DNA of 38,703 nucleotides. Origin: Chlorokybus atmophyticus (taxonomy: Eukaryota > Plantae > Mesostigma and Chlorokybus algae). The stretch is taken from the NCBI GenBank assembly GCA_009103225.1, contig RHPI01001946.1, positions 278,420 to 317,122 of the forward strand. The letters are read 5' to 3'. Positions 1 to 9,847 of the stretch are shown piece after piece; the stretch's first letter is position 1, and each line of letters opens with the position of its first letter. Under the pieces are notes generated by a model, which saw nothing but the letters and a program-made list of their open reading frames with translations, ran no database searches and was not told the origin of the DNA. Both the position numbers and the translations under genes were made by a program.

Positions 1-69
<69 letters not shown>
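1..69. repeat. poly-G homopolymer at window start (contig end or sequencing artefact)
   Basis: 69 consecutive G, followed by a GC/GT microsatellite. Confidence 0.9.
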
Positions 70-119
70 CGCGTGCGCGTGTGTGTGTGAAGTGGGGTGA
101 GTGTTTGAAATTCGCGTAC

Positions 120-3100
120 ATGTCTGGTCGCTTGGGGTTGTTGTGTCCAGACCCTGCCATTCTAAAACGTCAGTCAAGCAACCTTTGTTGGTAAAAGTAG
201 AACATTTGACAAGCGTGTGGTCCTCTTGTTCACTCGCACGCACGCACGCACGCACGTGTACGCGCACACGCACATTTACACACAGTACACGAACTTACAA
301 AGCAATTGCGCAGTATCGCCACTTGCGCCGTCAACGTACTCGCGCACTCGCACGTGCACGCATACGCGCTCGAACACGTGGTTTTCCCCAGACTCCCCAC
401 CACACACCCAATTTGCTGTATGTTGGCCGCATTACACGTTTGTCCAACAGCGAGTGCTGGACACCCTTTGCTTGCTGTACTCAAACACGTTGCCGATGAC
501 TTTGCTGGCGGCGGCGAGGGAGGCGTGGGTGGCGTGCCCTCGGGTGAAGGTGGGGGAGAGTATGTTGGGGTGGAGTACACGGGTATGGTGAGTGGGGTGC
601 GTGTGAGGGTAGCTTGAGGTGGTGAGGAGATGTAGGAGGAGAGACCCTCTGTGTAGAGGTTCTCTGATAGGACGGTTGTGATAGCGGATTGGAGGTTGGA
701 GTTGATGGTGGAGACAAGCTGAGTGTCCAACGTCACCTGTGTGTGGTTGACGTTGCTAAGAAACGCGTGCGCGTGACATTATGGGTGGATAGATACCCGC
801 ACACAGCTATGCACAACAGTCACGCATGTTATACCTGCAATTCGTGCACACCACATAAGCATACAGACACGGACACACGCATGCACTTGCGCCGCACACA
901 CATGTACGCACGTGCTCGTGCATGTGCATGTCTGCACGCGCACACAAACACGCACACATGATAGTAGGTTGATAGACAACCCTTCATGCAGTACTCACCT
1001 TCACGGCCATCTCGCTTCCATAAGCCGCTTCCAACAGCCTTCTCTTCCCACCATTGTCAGCCCAATACGCATCTTTGATCCCCACCACTTCCACGTCCGT
1101 CCACACCACCGCGACGAACCCCGTCACCGCGTTGAACGTGTCGGCCACGCCCGCCTGGATGATCTGACTCGCGTAGCCGTCGTTCAGCGTGGCAGCGTCG
1201 AGGGAGGACAGGGAGAAGGAGAAGGAGACAATTGATTGATCGGATTGGAGAGATGTGGCTGTGCATTGGGAGAGCTGAGGGACGTAAGCTGAGAGACAAT
1301 CAGAACAGTCGGGCTTGGAGGTTACTGACTGGGTCCTGCGTAGCAGACGTGATGTTATATTGTTGTGGTGGTGGTGGCGGTGGCTGTTGATACTGTTGTT
1401 GTTGTGGTTGTGGTTGTTGTAGTGGTGGTCGCTGCTGTTGTCGTCAATGATGTAGCAAACAGCACGGATGACAACAACAGCCACAACAACAACAGCAATA
1501 ACAATAATAACACGTTCAATGTTGATATTAACTGCTGTTTTACTTGCCAGGACGCACCAAAGACACTGCAAGTTGGTTGCTTACTTGCAGTTGTTGGTGA
1601 AGCACGTGTTGTAGTCTGTGTCCCCATTCCCACAATTGCTAGCCAGGCAGTCCGCGACAATTGCCATAGCATCCGCATCGCACATATCTCCATAATTCGG
1701 CAGGCACGGCTTTATATCCGCAGCATTATCACTGATGCAATGTTGGCACTCGGTGCTGATAATATTATTATTCATAAGTGGCGAGCCGTTATCCGCGAGG
1801 CAATGTGTGTCACTCGCCGCGCATACGCCAAAGTTGTTGCCACCCACGCAGGCGTACACGCAGCGCCCGATGGTGTTCATGTCGTGGCGTGAACACACCT
1901 TGGGTGCGGGTGGCGGGGATGCGTAGACAGGTGGTGGCGAATATGTTGGTCTTAATTGTGGCGCGGAAGGTGATGGTTGTGGTTGTGGTTGTGGTTGTGG
2001 TTGAGGTTGTGGTTGTGGCGGGGCAGGTGGCTCTTGGCGAGGTGGTTGTGGTTGTGGGGAGGCAGGTGGTCCTGCTCCAGGTGTGGGTGGTTTGTTGTTG
2101 GGTGCTGGTGGGCCTGAAGGTTGCGGGCTAGGTTGTGGTGCTCCAGGAGGAGTGTTTGTGCGTGGCGCAGGAGGTGCGGGTGATGCTCCGGGTGGCGAGT
2201 ATGTGCGTGGTGCAGGTGGTCCAGGTGGCTGTGGTCCAGGTTGGCCAGGTGGTCCAGGTTGTCCACTAGGTTGTGGAGCAGGTGGCCCAGGTGGCTTGGC
2301 TGGCCCTGCAGCTGGTGGTGGGCTACCTTGCTGTGGCGGACCAGGTGGTGCTGCACTACAACCAGGGTCACCTGAGGGCCAGATATGAGTGTTACAACTT
2401 GTAGTCATGACCAGCATGCATGCAGATGTGTACCTGGTGTGCAGTCGATACTGCAGTATGGGTCCGTGTCAGGGTCGCAGCAAGTTGGGTCACCAGCTTC
2501 GCACGGCGGATACACCTCGCAGTAGGGGTCTGACTCAGGGTCACAGTCTTCACCTGGAGGAGCCAGCTGAACCGGCGCTGGTGGACCACCTGGTGTTCCA
2601 CCTGGCGGTGTGCCTGGCGGTCTGCCTGGTGGTGTGCCTGGTGTTGCACTTGGCGGCGCGCCACGTGGCGCGCCTGGAGGCCCTCCTGGCTGCCTTGGAG
2701 GTGGAGGTGCTGGCTCATCAACAGGTGGCGTGTTGCCATCAAGGTTGCATTCAGGGTCGTCGTCAGGGTTGCAGCAGCTGGGGTCACCAGGCGCGCAAGA
2801 ATCAGCAGGTGGCGAGCTATCGTTTGGTGGACTAGTATCAGGTGGCGCGCATGAGGGGTCATCCGCCGCACACGGACTGTCACAACTTGGATCATCAGGT
2901 GCGCAGTCACTAGGAGCACTAGGCGGCGAACTGGGGTGGGCACCAGGTGTCCCGGCTGGGGGTGGGCCACCTGGCTGGGCACCTGGTGTACCACCTGGTG
3001 CTCCAGCCGGAGGTGGACGTGGCTGTGCACCTGGTGTTCCACCTGGAGCCCCAGCTGGAGGTGGGCCACCTGGCTGAGCACCTGGTTGGGTTCCACCTGG

Positions 3101-6100
3101 TGCTCCAGCTGGAGGTGGAGGACGTGGCTGTGTACCTGGCGTTCCACCTGGAGCCCCAGCTGGAGGGACACCTGGCTGAGCACCTGGTTGGGTTCCACCT
3201 GGAGCTCCAGCTGGAGGTGGGCCACCTGGCTGTGCACCTGGCTGTTGACCAGGTGTGTCGGTGCCAGGATCGCACGTGTCATCGACGTTGGGGTCACAAG
3301 GCGGCGGCGTGTTATCAACTGGAGTACACTCCGGGTCAACATCAGGATTGCAGTCCTGCAGCAACCGACGCCTGCGCCAGTTGGCATTCACGAAAGACAC
3401 GTATGCCGCCGATTGGACATTGGAAGTGTCGTCACCCGAGTCCTCCAAAACCACGCAACGGTCGTCTTCATCTTGGGCGATGGACATCACGTCGCTGCAG
3501 GCGACGCCAGATAGGGAGTACCCGAAGGTGCCTATGAACACAAAGGTACTCTCAAAGTATGCGTGTGCGCGAGTCAGTGCGTGCCTGCGTGCGTGCTTGC
3601 ATGTGATCACTGTATAGGTGTGTTCATACTTCATGCTGCTATACAGCTGCAGCCTCAATGATTGCTATCAGCGTTTTCAACATGCTTTGGTTGAGTCGTC
3701 GCACAACATGTACACATTGTTGCTGTTGTAACCAACCAACAACATGCACAAGGCCTTACCGAAAAAGAATGGTGCCGTAGACGAGAGTGCCAGTCTCTGA
3801 TACGTCGCGTTCTTAATCTCCTGCCTCACAGCGGTCTGAACAGTGACAACACCGAGGTTGCCGATCGTCACGTTGTACGGCCCCTGTTCAGCAAAGCTGT
3901 GCTTCGTCTCATCGATCATCACAAACACGTCCAGGGACCCGTCCACGAGAGATGATAGCACGTCGCCGCGACCCAAATGAGAACCGCTGATGGCCTCGCC
4001 GGATCTGATAGCAAAAGTGTTGATACGAGTGCGGATACGCATGTTGGTACACAAGCGGCTTGAGAGTGTGTTCAACACACATGCATGCACACTTACTTTC
4101 CACCATCCACGGTGAGTTCTTGACGTCTGCCTGACTTGTTGGCCGCACGAATTACTCGCACCTGCATGCACGTACACATCTAGTTACACGCTATGTTCAA
4201 CTGCATGCACGTGCTCACTCAACAGTCGAGTATCAAACCTTTTCTGCGTTGACGGTGTCGGCATCCAACACAACATAATAGGGGGAGCCGTTGGTGTCCA
4301 TGGTGGGGAAGGGCGTGTAGTTGTCTACGGTGACGTTGATCCGCCACGCACCGAGCTTGTTATCAAAGGGGGCTTCTTCGGTGCGGGGATCGATGTAACC
4401 CTCCGCCTGAAAGTTGCACACGTACACCTGGTCCTTGTTCTTCTGGGCCATCTCATTGTACTACACACATACACATGCACACAAACATGTTAGCGTCTAC
4501 CATCCATAGTAACATATGGAGATGTGCGCACGTGTGCGTGTGTGCGCGCGTGTGCGTGTGTGCACGCGCTTGTGCCCATGCGTATGCGTGTGTGCGTGTG
4601 CGTGTGCGCGTGTGTATATGTGCAAGAGCATGTGCTCTTGTTTACTTACCAGCACATCTCCCGGGCACGGTGTGCAGCTCCCCGACACCGCATTCACCAT
4701 CTGCGTCCCCGCGTACGCGTCCAGCGACCCCACGAACCCTTTCACGGTCGTCTCGCCCGGCAGCAGGAACTGCTCGCAGGGCTCCGACACCGCGATCGAC
4801 GACGCCGTCCAGGGCTTCACCGTGTTCTGGAGGTTCTTGTAAACGAGGGGGTTGGTGCAGTTGCCGCTGCTGGAGCAAACCTGTTGGAGGACACAGTGAG
4901 AAGTGTGGCTTATTGCAGTCTACAAAGTTGGAGCATAACCACAAGGTCAAAGTATGGTGGACATGTTGGTTTCTCGTGTGTGTGTGTGTGTGTGCTCTTG
5001 CGCCCGTGCAAGTCTCATGGTAGCACTCCTCGTTATGGGTGCAGAAAGCATTGTTTGTCGAAGTTGGGACCGTTAATGCACACACACAGCAGTGACCTGG
5101 CCAGAGTAGCAGCCGTAGACTGCGACTCCCGATGCGGCGCAGTCGGGGTCCCACGCCCCGCATCCGCAGTGGCAACCGTCGTTGTCGCGCGACGCCCCCG
5201 AGTTGTACCACGCGGCCTTGCACACCCAACCTGACGGGGGCTCGGTCGAGTACGACTACACACAACCCAACGGTGAGACAACATACACGCTTGAATTTGG
5301 TGATAGAGATGTATTAGACTTACTGTTGCTGTGGAGCCGTCGACAGCAGACTTGAAGTCGATTGGATTCGGCCTCTCGACCTTTATTGCCACCGCATTCA
5401 CAGTGGCATTGATGCCAATCACGTTCACCTGCATTGACACAACATCAACAACATACCCACATGTCACCCTCTAGCAGCACACGTACCCACACCTACATAC
5501 CCGCTCTGTCCCGGCCATGCCGGAAAGAATGAGTTGAAACGGGAAGCATCGGCTATCATCAGGAGCAGTAACAAAGCGCGTGGAGGTGTTGGAGTCAAAT
5601 ATTGGACTTGGCAAGAACATTGTTGCACACATTTGTTGGCGCAATTGTTGGCCAGCTGTATCAGAAAGGATGATTGTCGTGTCGTTGATGCCGGGAGGCT
5701 TGATGAACCACTTGTTGAAGTCGATGGATGTGTATTCCATTGATGTGGACAGTGAACCGGATGAAGAAGAACCAAAGCGTTGACGTGCACACATCGTGGA
5801 CTGAACAGTGTGGTTGAAGTTGTTCACGTAGGTGACGGCCATCTTCCAGTCAAGCATACCAGCATCGCTGTTCGTGAAGTCATCCTGCCACAATGTGTGC
5901 ATCAGTGCGTATTTGTGCGTATCACTCATGCACAGGTTTGCTGCCATAGCACACATCCACCCACACACACACACACACCCAAAACGCATATATATACACA
6001 CGCAGATGCACACGCATGCAAAAGCACGTGCGTGCATGCGTGCGTGCGTGCGTGTGTGCATGTGTACGTGCGTGCGTGTGCGTGTGTATGTGCTGCACCT

Positions 6101-9100
6101 CAAGTTCGCTTATGAGTTGCGCGTCGGTGAGGTTCGCCCGCAAAACCAACAAGTTCAGGAACGCCTGCGTGGAGTTCATCCTTCCAACGGTCCCCACAGC
6201 TGCACACGCCCCAAACACGCATCATCAGAACCCAACCTTCAGTAATAACAATCATCCTCACATCTAACTCACTCCCACTCGTCTTCTGGAACACGCTGGG
6301 GTCCCACGTGCTCGTCCCCGCCGCCAGCGTCGACAGCGTGTCGTCCCCCTGAAGAGAACGCGGCAGGTAGCCGTACGGCTTCGCGCCGGCGCCCTGCACG
6401 GTGTCCATCTGGCGAGCGTGGACGAGACTGACTTGGAGCTGGCACTTCTTCAGTCGCGCGAGATCAGCCCTGCAAGTCAGCCAGTCAAGTCACAAACATG
6501 TGCTTTGCGTTGTAGTGAGCTGATGCATCGGCAAGTACTGTGGCAAGGCTCCTAGCAATCAATGCATGCATGCGCGTGTGAAGCAAGCACGCGCACACGC
6601 ACACGCACACGCACATACCTTGCAAAGCGTATGTACAGTGTTGCTTGGTGCGGGGGCATGAAGGACCCGTTCCTCGGGTCTTCTGTCAAAGCCTGTGTAT
6701 GTGATACCAAGTTAACCAACCATCCTGTTGCATACGCATACACGCCAACACTCACTACCTACCTTGATGATCTCAGGGTAGAACTTGTGCTGCCGTTGAT
6801 CCTGCAGCAGTTGTTCGACAGCAATCGAAAGGTTGCGCCCGACATCGGGAGTCAGCATGGACAAATCTGTAGGGAAAGTCTCTATCGGCACCTCAAACTG
6901 GCCAAAGGCCGCCACCGTGTGCGGTAAACTTGCATCTGGATCCCCAGAACTGTCCATAAACCAAGTGGTCAGTAATCACGCGCATGCAGTACACGCATGC
7001 ACGCACGTACGCACACACACACACAAGCACGCGCACGCGCATGTACATGCACATTCACAGAGACACACACATACGCACACGCGCACACGCGCGTACACAC
7101 ATACACGCGCGCGCGCACGCACGCACGCACACACACACACAAGTGAGGTGGGACACTACCTCATGCGGTCGTCATAGCCAAAGTTGTCGGCGATATCGAT
7201 GCGCTGGAGCGAGGGCGCGCCCTGTTCGAAGAAGATGATCTCGTTCTTCACCAACACGTCGATGGAGGGGAAGTCGAGCGTCACGGCCTTGCCATTGGGA
7301 GTCACCTGTCAAAGAGGACATGTGTGTGTGCGTGTGCGTGTGCGTGTGCGTGTGCATGGGTGGGTGCGTGCGTGGGTGCGCACAGTGTGCGTGCTGCAGA
7401 GTTACTCATAACATGCGCGTGTATGTTGTGTCACACTGTGGTTACTCACCTTGAGGTGGTAGTGCGCGAGGTCGCCTGTGATGGACAGGCTGTACGCGTG
7501 CGCCCACTGGTAGGCGTTCCAGCACAGCATGGCGATGAGCGCGAGCCGGCACACCGACGCCAGCAGCGCGCCCGTCGCCGTCTTCTTGTTGCGGAAGCGA
7601 GGGTCCTTGTAGAACTCGCCTGCAAGGTGAGGTTGCTTGCAATCATCAAAGTGAATATGTTGATTGAAGTGAGAGATCAGACACGTAAGTAAACTGATGA
7701 ACATAAGGCTGAGTATGTGCATGGAGCAGACTGACACATCAAGAGGTACAGCCAAGTGATTGCGGAGTCTTGCACCCAAGTGTTGTGTACGTTCCATTAC
7801 TTGAAGCTTACTGAACACTGCATAATAGACTTTCTTTTCTTCGCTTTTAATGCAAGAAAAGAGCTCAGTGACCTACTGCTCACCTCCGTAGCCATCCAGC
7901 TTGAGCAGCTTCGCCCTCCACCCTTTGAGCGGTTTCGCGTTCTCCACCTCCAGTTTGGCGTTCTTCTCCTCGTACCCTCCCTGCTCGTACTTGGTGTTGA
8001 TGCGCGGAAGCAGCTTCCCCGCGGTATCGTCAGCGCAGGGGTCGTCGCATGCGCCCTGCTGCTTGCTGTCGTCATCGCACGCGTCGGGGGGGGATGAAGC
8101 GCCTTTCTTTAAGGAGTTTTGCTTCTTTGTTGAGGGCTCCGGGACCACTTTTGAAAATGACACGTCACTCGGCACAACCTACATAACATGGTGGTGGCGT
8201 CAATAAGCTGCTCCTACAGATGCTTAATAAACAAAAAAAAGTAGAGAAATGTATGTGCATACATGTACACAAGTGCATACACACATGCGCACGCACGCAT
8301 GCACGCACGCACGCACGAAACAGATGCATACACAGATATTCACGATACGATTGTCTTCACCTGGCCTCCTATGACTCTGGGCATGCGTATGCCATTGGTG
8401 TTGTTGTTGATCTCGTTGTCGTTGTTGTTGTTGTTGTTGGCGTGCGGGTTAGAAGGCAGCGGCACGCCGAGGGGGCTTGTGATCTCCTCTGCGAGGTCGT
8501 CTGTGGTGCCGTTGTTGTAGTTGGCGCTGTCAACCTTGACGACCGCGGTTTCGTCTTGCACCGGTGAGAGAGCAGCACCCCTGTTTAGTGTACGTTTGGT
8601 TGTGTGCTCTTATGGCAAATTGCAATAGTCAGTCAGTTCGTGACATAGTATGGTCATTGACTTGTATGAATGTTCTCAACGGTCCGGTCCTTGTTCTTGC
8701 ATGTTTGTGATTGCTTCGTTACTACCACTACTCGTTACAGTGTGGCTGTCGTCGATGGTTGTGCACATGCACCACATTCATGCTTCTGTGTGTGGGTGTA
8801 CCGGTGTGCGTGCGCAAATGTGCACAAGTGTGTGTGCTTGTGTGCGCGTGCATGCTTGCGCGCTTTTGCATGCGTGTGGGCATGTCGACGCGCGTCTTAC
8901 CCTACATTCATCATATGCTTACACCCATCAAGCTTACCTTCTCGGGCTTGCACCGGGACTCTCAGTGTTGAGATAGTCATACCTCCCATCAGCATCCTAG
9001 CACAACGTAAAGAAAGCATCAGACTTCGCCGCACCCCAACACTCAACCATTCCGCTGATGTTCAGCTGCCTTTTGCGCACGCGCACACACACACACACCT

Positions 9101-9167
9101 GCAAAGGGGAGACCCGTCGTGGTTTCATCTTCTGAGGTGGCGTCCTGTTGCGAGCTGTGAAGGACAT
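120..9167 (-). CDS. Gene A: giant type II membrane Pro/Cys-rich cell-surface protein (>1860 aa, 3' partial)
   Basis: 21 exons join in frame with GT-AG introns and matching phases: 9167-9099, 8996-8938, 8580-8361, 8178-7884, 7619-7450, 7305-7160, 6949-6763, 6692-6619, 6469-6273, 6199-6099, 5884-5501, 5428-5324, 5255-5097, 4880-4650, 4460-4239, 4161-4097, 4004-3760, 3531-2434, 2371-1585, 1335-999, 736-299 (5589 nt = 1863 codons). A weaker candidate exon lies at 153-120, and no stop is reached. No signal peptide; ~230-aa hydrophilic N-terminus, one hydrophobic segment (GALLASVCRLALIAMLCWNAY, ~7512-7577), then a Cys motif, WRRRRLLQ, Pro-rich repeats, SPPP extensin-like tracts and Cys-rich domains. 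Confidence 0.85.
1336..1584 (-). repeat. Intron of gene A filled with degenerate (CAA)n/(CAC)n triplet repeats
   Basis: GTAAGC donor at 1584 and CAG acceptor at 1336 rebuild codon AAG and join two Cys-rich exons (NNC-K-TQSV). Confidence 0.8.
2940..3250 (-). repeat. Coding tandem repeat (~50-54 nt unit) encoding six PPAG[AT]PG(GT) units in gene A
   Basis: Translation PGAQPGGPPPAGAPGGTQPGAQPGVPPAGAPGG...; repeated ccacctgg(a/c/t)g units on the + strand. Confidence 0.85.
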
Positions 9168-9557
9168 TCCAAGCACAACGACCACAGCTGTTGCTGAGAC
9201 TGCGGCTGTCTCCTCCGCCCGCTATGCATGCCTCTCAACTTGATGTCTTGCTTGTTTGCTTACTCACGGCCTTTCTCACCTCCCTGGCTTGCACTGAACA
9301 AATGGAAACAACACAGGAGCCTGTTACCAGTCAGGTAGTCGATATACTTGGTACACTTTATGTGATCATCTTGACAAGGGCGATGACAAGCACAGCAACA
9401 TGACCAGCAGCAAATACCCACGCACTTGCTTGTGATCTTTCTTCTCCTTCACACCAACCAGGAGGAAGAGCCGGCGGCAGAGCTGCTGGAGAGCCCAATG
9501 TTGGCTGAATGAATTTTCTCAAATCCTAAGTCCTGCCTGGGAACCGATAGCCGATAG

Positions 9558-9783
9558 AAACCCTAATTGACATCACGACCGCCAACGTCAAGCAGCAGGG
9601 CGCTGAGGAGGTGCACACCACACTGGACACACCAACCGTGGGCAACGTTTTGCTTCCGGAACAAAAACATGTCCTTCCGTCACGTGAGCAGCAACGAAAC
9701 GGAAGGACAGGGGCGTGGAATCTGGAAAGCTTCCTTCCATAGTGAAACCCTAGATCTCTAAACCCTGACTGGCCTAAACCCTG
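9558..9783. promoter_or_regulatory. Telo-box cluster in the divergent promoter between gene A and MIC60
   Basis: AAACCCTAA 9558-9566, AAACCCTAG 9745-9753, CTAAACCCTG at 9758 and 9774; these match the plant telo-box AAACCCTA. Confidence 0.65.
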
Positions 9784-9847
9784 GCAAGTCTAAGCCTTGT
9801 GGGCGGCGAAGGAGGAGGCGGCGGCGGTCGCCGTGGTGGCGGGGGCA

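Noticed and set aside
1-69. Poly-G as a biological G-quadruplex element
   Set aside because: A pure homopolymer at the sequence edge is more simply a sequencing or contig-end artefact.
1355-1892. ORFs with poly-Thr, poly-Val or poly-Asn/His (1355..1693, 1365..1892, 5' part of 984..1571)
   Set aside because: They arise from the triplet-repeat intron 1336-1584; the spliced model joins the flanking Cys exons in frame.
2940-3250. Regularly spaced repeats as a CRISPR-like array
   Set aside because: The units are degenerate, in-frame coding repeats without unique spacers, in a eukaryotic exon.
1952-3617. Long alternative-frame and antisense ORFs (2392..3387, 2610..3077, 2936..3514, 2947..3537)
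   Set aside because: They are shadows of the GC-rich Pro/Gly repeat of gene A, which lacks stops in other frames.
5780-8976. ORFs rich in HTHT/VCVC/ARAR, which resemble His-rich or metallothionein-like proteins
   Set aside because: These are translations of intronic CA/GT microsatellites.
9558-9783. Interstitial telomere or telomerase RNA template
   Set aside because: Only isolated single motifs in promoter position; no tandem array or Pol III-type context.
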